Source: a virus
Taxonomy: Duplodnaviria; Caudoviricetes
Reading direction: 5' to 3' (one strand)
Virus record (IMG/VR): IMGVR_UViG_3300048881_000755
Coordinates: 7,008-71,007 of that record
DNA: 64,000 nucleotides
Shown here piece by piece: positions 46,774 through 56,101 of this stretch. Position numbers and translations under genes: made by a program. The notes below the pieces were generated by a model. That model was not told the DNA's origin and searched no databases. It saw only the letters and a program-made list of their open reading frames with translations. Every line of letters begins with the position of its first letter. The stretch's first letter is position 1.

Positions 46774-47109
46774 ATGTTTTCAGTCAAAATTTTTAGTGAG
46801 AAGAATCGAGCAAATTCGATATTATTAAAAACAATATCAAAACTATCTGATTTTCTAAAGAAAGAGATGAGTAGGGAAGTAAATATAGTTTCAGATTCAA
46901 AGTCTATAGAGATGGTTTCTGGTAATTTAGATACTAATAATGATGAGATTGTAACAGAGCTAATAGTCAAGAAAACTATTACTCTTAAGTTAGAAGACCT
47001 TGGTGATAGACAAAAGTTAGATAAGTTCGTTAGAGAGATTAAACATTTTTGTGAGCAGGCTGCAGCAATTGAAGACATTGAATATCTGCCTATAAACTTT
47101 AGAGATTAA
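46774..47109 (+). CDS. Hypothetical protein
   Basis: 111-aa ORF abutting its neighbours. Confidence 0.65.
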   Translation: MFSVKIFSEKNRANSILLKTISKLSDFLKKEMSREVNIVSDSKSIEMVSGNLDTNNDEIVTELIVKKTITLKLEDLGDRQKLDKFVREIKHFCEQAAAIEDIEYLPINFRD

Positions 47110-47110
47110 A

Positions 47111-47920
47111 ATGATGGACGATCAACAATTACCAGGATCTGGGTTCAATGGAGACCATGTTGTTTTCTCAAGTTTCTTTGAGGACAACTACATTGTTCAG
47201 CAGACTGCAATTGTTCACCCAAAGACTCTTCTTATAGACGGCCTTAGAAAGGTCTTTAGAAATGATTCAATATTTACATACCGAGACGATGAATTTGGAT
47301 ACCCTCTGACCCCCGATCATACAGCCATTGATGTGGATACTGATGTGACAACAAAGATCCTTGTTAGTGACGCATATAGATATGAGGTTAAATTTTTCCC
47401 AGCCATAGTTGTTAAGTCTAGCGGAGGGTCCTATAAGCCTTTATCTTTTAATCAGAACATGACCTATCAATATAGGACAGATATGATTCAGACTGATTAT
47501 GGTGCGACTAAGTTTGTAGATACACCTACTCATCGAGTTTATACTGGTAGATGGGAGTTAGGCTTTGAGCTTGGGGTATATTCTGAAAGTCAAAGTGAGT
47601 TAGAAGAGCTCGTGGATATAGTTTCACTGGCACTACAATACGTTCTTTGGCATGAGCTTCGAGCAAATGGTCTTTTTATATCGAAAGTAAATATAGGAGC
47701 AGAATCTGCTGAGCCTTATGCTAATGATTATGTATACAGTACAGCAATTAGTTTAAGCACCTTGTCTGAATGGAGAGTGGAGGTTCCCATCGAAAATATC
47801 GTAGAAAAAATAGCCTTTAGTATCCAGCCTACATGGCACCCTATTCCTGGGGTTAAGGGGGAGGCCGACCTGATGGCTGATCGGTTCGATGATATAATAG
47901 AATTAACAGAGATTTCATAA
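47111..47920 (+). CDS. Putative tail terminator/completion protein
   Basis: 269 aa immediately before the sheath; FFPAIVV and ELGVYSESQSELEELVDIV pattern of tail-terminator folds. Confidence 0.55.
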   Translation: MMDDQQLPGSGFNGDHVVFSSFFEDNYIVQQTAIVHPKTLLIDGLRKVFRNDSIFTYRDDEFGYPLTPDHTAIDVDTDVTTKILVSDAYRYEVKFFPAIVVKSSGGSYKPLSFNQNMTYQYRTDMIQTDYGATKFVDTPTHRVYTGRWELGFELGVYSESQSELEELVDIVSLALQYVLWHELRANGLFISKVNIGAESAEPYANDYVYSTAISLSTLSEWRVEVPIENIVEKIAFSIQPTWHPIPGVKGEADLMADRFDDIIELTEIS

Positions 47921-47941
47921 TAGGTTTAGAGAAATTGAAAC

Positions 47942-47948
47942 TACTAAT
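47942..47948 (+). promoter_or_regulatory. TAYTAAT putative late promoter element
   Basis: TACTAAT about 43 nt upstream of the sheath ATG 47992. Confidence 0.55.
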
Positions 47949-47991
47949 AATAAATATTTTGATGAGTTATTGCAAGCGCGGAGGATTTTAA

Positions 47992-50900
47992 ATGGCTAAC
48001 ATACCCGGAATATCAGGATTTATCCAGCCTGGAGCTTTTGCCAGGGATAGAGTTATCACTCGTGGAGTATCTATCCCCGGTGGAGTAAGAATAATATGTG
48101 TTATGGGCGAGGGTCTCAGAGAAGAGACCATTGTTGCATCCGCAGCAGGTAGCGGTCAGGACGGAAGTGCTGAAGTAAATCCGACTGCCAGCAGTGGAGA
48201 CGGCAGGTACTTTAAGCTTAATAATGCTCCTGTAATTAGCGGAAGAACAGAGCTTAGGCTAAACGGAACGCTGCTTTTTGGCAAAGAGGAGGCTATTGAT
48301 GAAGATCCATTTGGTTCCGGCTTTGACTTTAGGCTAGACCCCGCAACAGGTCACTTTGAACTGCAAGGTGCTTCTATCGCAGACCAAGATGGAAAGGGAT
48401 GGAGTGCAGGCTCAATGAATATCGGAAACGGTAGTTTGGTTGAGCTCGGCTCAGACCCTCTTTACACCTTAGACATCTTAGACGAAACGGCCCCAGAAGA
48501 GAGATGGACCATAAGGTGCGTCAGCGTTGTTAGGGATTCAGAGGGAAACCCTATACCGGGTCTCGGTACATTTACCGCTATAGGCTCAGAGAGCGGTCAG
48601 ATATATGATTCGGCTGGAAATGCAATAGTCTTTAATAGCTCATATTACACCAGCGGCGCTGGGGCAGTCTCAGGTAGCGAAGACGCCTGCAAAGATGGCT
48701 TTGTTGTAGAATCTGGGGAGGACGGACATGTTGATGTGAACGATGATGATGAAACTCCAGAAACAGTAAGCTCATTTATTGTCCCAGGCGATTTAGTAAA
48801 AGCGGGGCAAGCTATCCCGGGCGACTTTTTATGCGTTGACGGATATGTAGGCATTGAGATAGAGGACCTTGAGTACAGTGGAGCGGAGGATAACGAGACT
48901 ACGATTACTTTGGTCACCGATAGTCTGCTTACGAACACTTTTTGGGATGAGGCCGACTTGATGTCCTGGGAGATTCGCGCAACAAATCTTCTTATAGATG
49001 ATCAGACGGTAGAGCACACTGCTGGAGTCCCAGATACTCCCGGTGATTTTACTAGCGCAGATATAGGCAAGACTGTTATGATTACTCCGGGGAGCAATGG
49101 CTTTGCGGGTGGCTACTATGTCGTTAGCCAGGTTACTTCATCTAGAAGACTAAGAGTTCATAAGCTTGGAGATGATACAGTAGGATTCCCTGATATGGGG
49201 CAGCGTGATGAGGAGGACGGACTTGCAGATGTAGGTCTTACTTTTTATATGCTTCAAGATAATGGAGTCCTATTGCTGGGAATACAGGAAGGCTCTGTAC
49301 CATTTGAGGTAGGCGACAAGTTCTTTGTAAAGGTTAAGTCAAGATCTCTTGCTGCAGGCGATACCTTGGAAGCTCAGTACATTTATGAGGCAGACTTAAA
49401 TGATCCACAGCTTTTTACAGAAGCTAATGATTTATTTACAAAGCATGGCCTTATAACCGAAGAGAATACTCTTTCCCTAGGCTCTCAGATGGTATTTGAG
49501 AATGGGGCTCCTGCAGTTTTGGCGTTACAATGTAAGCCTGCTGTTCCTAGGAGAACTTCCGTGACACTCCTTGAGAAAGAGAATTCCCTTGGAGAAGGTG
49601 GCTTTGCAGCATGTTATGCGAATAACGCTCTCGAACCGGATAATTGTGAGGTTGATGATCTAAGATTTTTGATCCCAAGGCCAACTACAGGGCTTAGAAA
49701 TGGAAGGCCGGATCCAGACTCAAGGGTAAATATCTTTATAGTTGATAAAGATACTGGGGATGAAACTCAGGTATTTCCAAATAAGGTTGATTTTTACCAG
49801 TCGAAATTAGAAACTGATATTCAGCAGGATGTTTGGACGGCAAGTTCAGACAACGCATTTTCTTACACTATAGTTAACGCTGCAGATGATATTTTAGAAA
49901 ATGGAGATGAAGGGGATATCGACGAAGATGGCGGAGGAACTTACTTCACAACTCCAGAGGTTGACTTTGATGCAAGTCACGTTGGTATGACGATAGTCGT
50001 AACTAATATGGATGGCGCAGATGACACAAAATATACTAGTGTAGAGGAAATAGAGGGACAACTTACAAGTGATAATGTGGGGACACAAGAGCTTACCATA
50101 GCAAGCATAGGTGATGATTCAAAAGTTTATGTAGACCTTGATACGTCGTTGGGCAGCTATACAAATGTTCAATTCTTTATCAAAGATGTTGCATCTAATC
50201 CTGACGACGCATTGCTGCTTATTCATTCGGACCTTGTTTCTAGCGGTGTCATAAAAGAAGGTGATGGAATTCGAATATCTTATGTAGATGAGAATGATGC
50301 GGATTATTTTGACACCAATTGGTTTAATGCACTAGAGGCGCTAGAGGCTGCAGACGCCCAGATTATAGTTCCGCTTCCAAGACAGGCTATATCGTCTATC
50401 TTTAGAGCTACAGTTAATCATTGTGAAAACATGAGTTCTATTGCGAATAGAAAAGAAAGAGTCGCATTTATTGGAGCACAAATTGGAGTTACGCCGGATG
50501 CTTTGACCGGAAGGTCTGAAGTGGCTGTAGAGGATATCGGCATACTGGAGGGCATTCAGGGCGATGATCCAGAGGAAGTTCTCGACGGCGATGTTGAGGA
50601 TCTTGTAAACTTTAAGCTTAGTGATAATTATACTAGCAAAAGGTGCGTATATTTCTATCCAGATTCAATCGTAAGGAACGTAGCAGGAACAAATGTTCCT
50701 CTTCATGGTTTTTATATAGCTGCCGCAGCGGCAGGCTATTTGTCTGCAACTCAGAATGTCGCAATACCACTTACACATAAATCTTTATCTGGCTTTGCGC
50801 TAACTAGAGACAAGGTTTTTAGACCAGTAATTCTAAACGCTCTTGGCGGAGTGGGAGCTACGGTTCTTCAGCCTGTAACGGGTGGCGGCAAGGTTCTGGC

Positions 50901-51225
50901 GGGAAGAACGACTAGTCAGTCAGGCTACGTAGAGGATGAAGAGATTTCGATAGTCTTTATTCGAGACGCAGTTAAAGGTGCTTTGAGGAGTTCGCTAAAA
51001 GGTTATGTTGGAGGGGTTCAAGATGCCAATACAAATATATTGGTAGGATCTAGAGTTCGTTCTATTATGACGGCAATGGCCGCTCAAGGTTTGATTACAG
51101 CTTTTAAAAATATAAGGGTAGAACAAGACAAGGTTGACCCGAGACAAATTAACGTATATTTACAATTCTCTCCTGCATATCCAATAAACTATGTGTTTAT
51201 AGATATAGAGGTTGGGGTTGTTTAA
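47992..51225 (+). CDS. Tail sheath protein with large insertions
   Basis: N-terminal QPGAF; C-terminal core HCENMSSIANRKER, AAAAAG...PLTHK, EEISIVFIRD, FSPAYPINYVFIDI. Confidence 0.9.
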   Translation: MANIPGISGFIQPGAFARDRVITRGVSIPGGVRIICVMGEGLREETIVASAAGSGQDGSAEVNPTASSGDGRYFKLNNAPVISGRTELRLNGTLLFGKEEAIDEDPFGSGFDFRLDPATGHFELQGASIADQDGKGWSAGSMNIGNGSLVELGSDPLYTLDILDETAPEERWTIRCVSVVRDSEGNPIPGLGTFTAIGSESGQIYDSAGNAIVFNSSYYTSGAGAVSGSEDACKDGFVVESGEDGHVDVNDDDETPETVSSFIVPGDLVKAGQAIPGDFLCVDGYVGIEIEDLEYSGAEDNETTITLVTDSLLTNTFWDEADLMSWEIRATNLLIDDQTVEHTAGVPDTPGDFTSADIGKTVMITPGSNGFAGGYYVVSQVTSSRRLRVHKLGDDTVGFPDMGQRDEEDGLADVGLTFYMLQDNGVLLLGIQEGSVPFEVGDKFFVKVKSRSLAAGDTLEAQYIYEADLNDPQLFTEANDLFTKHGLITEENTLSLGSQMVFENGAPAVLALQCKPAVPRRTSVTLLEKENSLGEGGFAACYANNALEPDNCEVDDLRFLIPRPTTGLRNGRPDPDSRVNIFIVDKDTGDETQVFPNKVDFYQSKLETDIQQDVWTASSDNAFSYTIVNAADDILENGDEGDIDEDGGGTYFTTPEVDFDASHVGMTIVVTNMDGADDTKYTSVEEIEGQLTSDNVGTQELTIASIGDDSKVYVDLDTSLGSYTNVQFFIKDVASNPDDALLLIHSDLVSSGVIKEGDGIRISYVDENDADYFDTNWFNALEALEAADAQIIVPLPRQAISSIFRATVNHCENMSSIANRKERVAFIGAQIGVTPDALTGRSEVAVEDIGILEGIQGDDPEEVLDGDVEDLVNFKLSDNYTSKRCVYFYPDSIVRNVAGTNVPLHGFYIAAAAAGYLSATQNVAIPLTHKSLSGFALTRDKVFRPVILNALGGVGATVLQPVTGGGKVLAGRTTSQSGYVEDEEISIVFIRDAVKGALRSSLKGYVGGVQDANTNILVGSRVRSIMTAMAAQGLITAFKNIRVEQDKVDPRQINVYLQFSPAYPINYVFIDIEVGVV

Positions 51226-51238
51226 CTAGGAGGAGATC

Positions 51239-51901
51239 ATGGCAGTTCCAGAGGGATATCCAGCCACAGGAACATATTTTGATGGTGGCCCATCGACAAC
51301 GGGATCAAAAACAAGAACTGGTCTGTCTACACAGATTATTGTTCTGGTTAATGGTAGTCCGGTCGGTGCAATTCAATCGTTTCAAGAAACACAGGCAAGA
51401 AATAATAAGAAGATTGCAGAGGTCGGTACAGACGGATGGATAGAGATTGTTCCTCAGGCTCCAGCTACAGTTACTCTCACTGTTCAAAGAATTGTTTTTG
51501 ACGGACTTTCCCTGCCTGAGTCTTTTGCGAGAGGATATAAAAATATTCATGCGCAAAGAATTCCATTTGATATTCAAGTTATAGATTCGTTCGCCGGATC
51601 TGGAGACAATAGCACTATAACAACCTATCATAATTGCTGGTTTAACAATCTAGGTAAATCTTATACAGTTAATGATTATTCTATAACTGAATCAGCCAAC
51701 ATTGATTGTGAATTTGTTTCATCTACCCGAAACAATGAAGCCGTGTCTGAATCTCAGGGCGTCGGCGGTGGACGGAAAATTCCAGATAACGTAAGAGATA
51801 GGGATGCCGTCGAGCGAGAGGCCGATATCGGAAACCGACGAGGTGTTCTGGACGTTGAAGCATTAATTTCAGCTGCATATAAGGATGGAATTGATGATTA
51901 A
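51239..51901 (+). CDS. Tail tube protein
   Basis: 220 aa after the sheath; VGAIQSF...EVGTDGWIEIVP...PFDIQV...YHNCWF...ITESANIDCE. Confidence 0.82.
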   Translation: MAVPEGYPATGTYFDGGPSTTGSKTRTGLSTQIIVLVNGSPVGAIQSFQETQARNNKKIAEVGTDGWIEIVPQAPATVTLTVQRIVFDGLSLPESFARGYKNIHAQRIPFDIQVIDSFAGSGDNSTITTYHNCWFNNLGKSYTVNDYSITESANIDCEFVSSTRNNEAVSESQGVGGGRKIPDNVRDRDAVEREADIGNRRGVLDVEALISAAYKDGIDD

Positions 51902-51970
51902 GAAGAAGGCTGTAGGGGTCGGTATAGATCCTGGGTAAATTTGGCCCTTGAAAAACATTTCAAATTATTC

Positions 51971-52005
51971 AAAAACACTGCACTTTATATGCAGTGTTTT
52001 TTTTT
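51971..52005 (+). terminator. Rho-independent terminator, possibly bidirectional
   Basis: AAAAACACTGCA-CTTTATA-TGCAGTGTTTTTTTTT. Confidence 0.85.
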
Positions 52006-52053
52006 GAAAACAAGTATTATCTAAACAAACCTTTATAGGAATAGGAGTATTCA

Positions 52054-52533
52054 ATGCCTAGAAGAACCGCTACAATTAGCCCCTCTGATGTAGAATTAGA
52101 AAAAGAGGAAGTTACGAGCGAGCACGAAGCAGAAGATAAGGCTAATGATGTGCTCGCTCCAGATGATTTAAAGAGCCTAATATTTTTAGGACGACTTGTA
52201 AAGACTGTAAAAATTGGAGGATTTTCATTTGAGGTCTCAACCCTAACTACTTCTCAGCAGAGGGATGTTATGAGTACGATTATGTCAGATGGAGATGCTA
52301 CACAGAGAATGCTCGATATAAAGCCTTTAACCATGTCATATTCAGTGACCTCTGTTAATGGAGTTGATTTAGAGACACTGTGTGAAGATGACTCTGTAAC
52401 GAATATCCAAGATAGGCGCTTATATGTAATGATGAATCTTCAGTCAGTTTTACTAGAAAAGTTATATAGAGAATATGACGATCTTGTAACTAGAGCTGGA
52501 AAAGATATAGGTATTGACGATTTAAAAGAATAA
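52054..52533 (+). CDS. Tail assembly chaperone (gpG-like)
   Basis: 159 aa between tube and tape measure; ends at a slippery heptamer. Confidence 0.75.
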   Translation: MPRRTATISPSDVELEKEEVTSEHEAEDKANDVLAPDDLKSLIFLGRLVKTVKIGGFSFEVSTLTTSQQRDVMSTIMSDGDATQRMLDIKPLTMSYSVTSVNGVDLETLCEDDSVTNIQDRRLYVMMNLQSVLLEKLYREYDDLVTRAGKDIGIDDLKE

Positions 52534-52563
52534 CCCGTGAGCCAAGTAGTAGGCTGCGCTGGG
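52521..52563 (+). other. Programmed -1 ribosomal frameshift signal
   Basis: T TTA AAA (X XXY YYZ) at 52521-52527, 6-nt spacer, imperfect hairpin at 52534-52563; the -1 frame is open into the next ORF. Confidence 0.75.
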
Positions 52564-52964
52564 AACTCTGCAAGTCCTGGGGGTGTTCTGTTGACGACGA
52601 TAAATTTACAGATATAACTGAGCCTCAGATGCTGTGGTATGCCCAGAGTATAGGTTTGGAAAGACAAGAAGAATACACTTACGATCTAGGTATGTCTGAA
52701 TATTTAGCATCTTTTTGGAACGCAGAAGCTGTACAGAAAATTCGGTCTCAAAGAGATATGGATAATGATGACAGATTTGCTTCAGACGAAGAATTTAGCG
52801 AACAACTTGATCGAAAAGATTATCTTAAATCTGATGAATTAGTTCAAACAATCAGAGATAAATATAAACATACTAATTTACAAGGTAATGATAGGCAGAG
52901 AAGCAGAACGGTTAAGACCCCCGAGGATATGACAGGTTTGTTTAGACTTACAAAGAAGAGGTAA
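52527..52964 (+). CDS. Tail assembly chaperone frameshift extension (gpT-like)
   Basis: -1 frame reads RITREPSSRLRWELCKSWGCSVDDDKFTDITEPQ into MLWYAQ... (ORF 52629..52964), whose ATG lacks an SD. Confidence 0.75.
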   Translation, partial: RITREPSSRLRWELCKSWGCSVDDDKFTDITEPQMLWYAQSIGLERQEEYTYDLGMSEYLASFWNAEAVQKIRSQRDMDNDDRFASDEEFSEQLDRKDYLKSDELVQTIRDKYKHTNLQGNDRQRSRTVKTPEDMTGLFRLTKKR

Positions 52965-52973
52965 ATTAGAGTC

Positions 52974-55016
52974 GTGGATGCGCAAGAAAGAATCAAACAG
53001 CTAGAGGGTCAAGTGGCCGGCATGCAGACCAAGCTCGAAAATGCTGCCAAGGCAACCGATAATCTTACCAAGTCTATGGGCAATTTCTTTGCCACTGGTT
53101 CAAAAGGTAAGGCTAATATCCAAGACCTCTCTACTTCATATTCAGATATGGAGAATGTATTAAAAAATACAACTGATATCACCGGAAAGCTAACGGGAGC
53201 AATGGGGGCATTCGCTTCCAAGCTCCCTTTTGTTGGGGCGGTGGCGGGCTCTGCCATAGCTGCCGTTGGAGGTATTTCGACGGCATTTTTAAAGTTAACT
53301 GAGTTAGCTACTGGCGCTCCGCGTTTTCTCATAACATCTTTGGATGATCAAACAAGAGGCCTTAGGCAGTTTGAAGGCAATATGTTTGATTTGCATAAAC
53401 GTTTTGGAGGAACAATAGACGAGGCTAAGCGCTTTTCAGACACCATGAGAATGGCTTCAGGTAATGAGTTGGCCCAAAGCCTTCATCTTACAACTAATGA
53501 GATGGCAGACTTTGTAAGAAAGACGGGTGATACGTCTTTAACGCAAGAGCAACTAAGCCAAGTTGTTCAGACTGGGGCTGGAGCTATAGAGCTTTTTGGG
53601 GCAGCAACAGCTTTTGCTAAAGCCTCAAGTATGGACCTGGGGACTGCAGCACGTCTTCTGAATAATCTTATGAATAAGCAGGGAAAGTCTGCGCAGGAGG
53701 CCACCAATATGTTGGGGATGTATGTTGGGGTGGCAGAGAAGACCGGTCTATCGATAGACAAAGTCTCTTCTAGCTTAAATTCTGCGGTTCAAAATTTTGC
53801 TAAAATTGGTATGGCCGCCGACTTTGGTAAGCCTATTATGGAGGGCTTTGCCAGCACAATGACTGATATGGGACTTGGCATAGAAGAGTCTATAGCTCTT
53901 TCTGAGGGTTTGACAAAGTCGCTGGCCGGATTAGCCAATAATTATGGACTGGCTCACCTGACCTTTCAAAGAGGAGGCTTAGATATAGGAGGCGGAGGCG
54001 GCGGCGGAGTTCTTGGCGCTGGTATTGCCATGCAGTCTGCATTCTTAGAGGCCGATAAGACAGGCGATCAGGCTGCAATCGGAGACCAACTTGTAAGGGG
54101 GATGAGAGATACTCTCGCTTCATTTACAGGAGGAGATATCGTTACGGTTCAGCAGGCAAATGAAGATTCTTCTTTGCAGAGTCAATTTTATATTCAGCAA
54201 CAAATGTTAAAGACTTCTTTTGGACTAGGAGATGATAATTCAGCGGCTAGAGTCTTGGATATGCTGTCAAGATTAGATGAGGCTACGAGAACCGGAGACG
54301 TAGATGCTCAAGAGAGCTTAAAGAAACAAATCGCAAATGAGAAAAAGGGAAGAGATCTGACTTTAGATGAAATGGAAAAGGTTAATAGAAAGCTGGAAAC
54401 ACAAATCAATCTAATGACAGTTGACTTAAGAAATTCATTAGATCAAACAAGAAGAATGGCCGCAGGAACTGGTGCGGCTGTTGTAGGTCAGCTTCCTAAG
54501 GTTATTGGGGCTGCATCCGCTGGAGTTGAGCTTCAGGGTTCCGCTATAGAGAGGGCCGCCGACTTTCTTTTTAAAAACATGGGGCAGGAGGGGGAAAAAG
54601 ATTTCGCTAAGAAACAATTTGAAGACTTTAAGGTTTCTAAGGGTCCTATGAATTCGGTTGGGGCAGTGTCTGGAGGCATAGCTCTTGGTCATGCTGCGAC
54701 GGAAGGTCTTGCGCCGGGTGAGGCAAATGATCTGGTAGATATTTTGAGTCAGAGTTCGGGCTCCGGGACGGGGAAGAATAGAAAGTTTATGAGCACTGAT
54801 ACGGTAGGCAGCGAGATAGATCGTATAGCGGGTATTATTGCAGCTCAATCACCCGAAGGAGAGAGGGGCCAGGTAAGAAAAAGTTTGGTAGATGAGTTTA
54901 AATTAGCGCTTAAAGAAATAAATGTAAATATTAAGATGGATGATAATGCAAATAGCGTCTTTAATGCAAGTGCCGATATAGCCGATAGTGTACGTAAGTA
55001 CGTAGGAAATAAATAA
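52974..55016 (+). CDS. Tape measure protein
   Basis: 680 aa, Ala/Gly-rich helical, hydrophobic stretch near the N-terminus, follows the chaperone pair. Confidence 0.75.
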   Translation: MDAQERIKQLEGQVAGMQTKLENAAKATDNLTKSMGNFFATGSKGKANIQDLSTSYSDMENVLKNTTDITGKLTGAMGAFASKLPFVGAVAGSAIAAVGGISTAFLKLTELATGAPRFLITSLDDQTRGLRQFEGNMFDLHKRFGGTIDEAKRFSDTMRMASGNELAQSLHLTTNEMADFVRKTGDTSLTQEQLSQVVQTGAGAIELFGAATAFAKASSMDLGTAARLLNNLMNKQGKSAQEATNMLGMYVGVAEKTGLSIDKVSSSLNSAVQNFAKIGMAADFGKPIMEGFASTMTDMGLGIEESIALSEGLTKSLAGLANNYGLAHLTFQRGGLDIGGGGGGGVLGAGIAMQSAFLEADKTGDQAAIGDQLVRGMRDTLASFTGGDIVTVQQANEDSSLQSQFYIQQQMLKTSFGLGDDNSAARVLDMLSRLDEATRTGDVDAQESLKKQIANEKKGRDLTLDEMEKVNRKLETQINLMTVDLRNSLDQTRRMAAGTGAAVVGQLPKVIGAASAGVELQGSAIERAADFLFKNMGQEGEKDFAKKQFEDFKVSKGPMNSVGAVSGGIALGHAATEGLAPGEANDLVDILSQSSGSGTGKNRKFMSTDTVGSEIDRIAGIIAAQSPEGERGQVRKSLVDEFKLALKEINVNIKMDDNANSVFNASADIADSVRKYVGNK

Positions 55017-55025
55017 GGAGAATAA

Positions 55026-56051
55026 ATGTCAGAATCTAGAGAAACTATTATATTTTTCTTGCCATTAGAAATGGAGGCCTTTACTAGCAGCGCTACTCCA
55101 TACTCATCGGCAGGAGATCCAGATTCTATTGCGAGTCCCGCAGATAAGGGTGTGTCTTGGGACCGGCGACAGCTTTACCTGAACCCTCAATCTATTAACA
55201 TGAGAGATCAAAAGCTTGTTCAGAAGCAGCTTACAAAAGGTGGATATGTGGTTCAGTATTGGGGGGAAGAGCTGACCACTATTGATATTCAGGGAACAAC
55301 AGGTTCTGCCGGAATAGAGGGTATAAATATTTTAAAAGATATTTATAGACACGAACAGCTGCACTATAGGACTGTTTTGGCGAACAGGCAAAGAGAGCTA
55401 GCTCAAGCAGCTGCTCTTGCTCAGGCTGAAGCGGAGGAGCAGATATACGACGCAACTGTTGGGGGATTTCTTCTTGGAGCGGCAGATACGTTGACGGGAG
55501 GTGCGGTTTCAAAATCAGTAAAGGGAGTCGCTAATTCTATTGATATAATGTTTGGAACATCGCTTGGAGATGGAGCCGGAGGCAAGGGGAAGGCTTTTAA
55601 GGCAGTCCCTACTTTGGCAGCTTTTGCTACAAATATAGATATGTATTATCAGGGAGAGTTTTTTAGAGGATATTTTACAAATTTTGGAGTAACTGAATCT
55701 GCGCAAGAGCCTGGTCATTTTACGTATACTTTTAACTTTGTAGTGACTAGAAGGACGGGTAAGAGAGTGAACTTTATGCCGTGGCATAGAACCGCAACTT
55801 CTATTGACGGAGAGACACTTGTGTGTCAGGAGGCACCAGAATCAAAGGGTTCATGGCCCGGAGTTCAGAGGCTGTCTTTTTTGTCTGAGGAGTCGTCGTT
55901 TCACGGCAAATGGAATAATGCGGTTTTGGATAAAGATAACACAGTGGGCCACATTGATATGGTGAGTTCTGAGTTTTTGGAAGACAATAATATAACGCAA
56001 GAAGACGTGACCCAGGAGGCCAACAAGGTGCCATTTCCGAGGAAGCTATAA
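55026..56051 (+). CDS. Baseplate/tail tube initiator-like protein
   Basis: YLNPQSI...TKGGYVVQYWGEELTTIDIQGTTG ... FRGYFTNFGVTES...FTYTFNFVV tube-like fold pattern. Confidence 0.6.
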   Translation: MSESRETIIFFLPLEMEAFTSSATPYSSAGDPDSIASPADKGVSWDRRQLYLNPQSINMRDQKLVQKQLTKGGYVVQYWGEELTTIDIQGTTGSAGIEGINILKDIYRHEQLHYRTVLANRQRELAQAAALAQAEAEEQIYDATVGGFLLGAADTLTGGAVSKSVKGVANSIDIMFGTSLGDGAGGKGKAFKAVPTLAAFATNIDMYYQGEFFRGYFTNFGVTESAQEPGHFTYTFNFVVTRRTGKRVNFMPWHRTATSIDGETLVCQEAPESKGSWPGVQRLSFLSEESSFHGKWNNAVLDKDNTVGHIDMVSSEFLEDNNITQEDVTQEANKVPFPRKL

Positions 56052-56075
56052 AAATTAATTCGTCTTAGTTTGTTA

Positions 56076-56086
56076 GTAAGTATAAT
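56076..56086 (+). promoter_or_regulatory. GTAAGTATAAT putative -10-type promoter
   Basis: Identical to 32720-32730; 15 nt upstream of ATG 56102. Confidence 0.45.
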
Positions 56087-56101
56087 TAGTTAGAGGTTAT
56101 A

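Noticed and set aside
51894-51938. Mini-ORF MIKKKAVGVGIDPG or C-terminal extension of the tail tube
   Set aside because: Very short, no slippery site, and no recognisable domain in any frame before the terminator.
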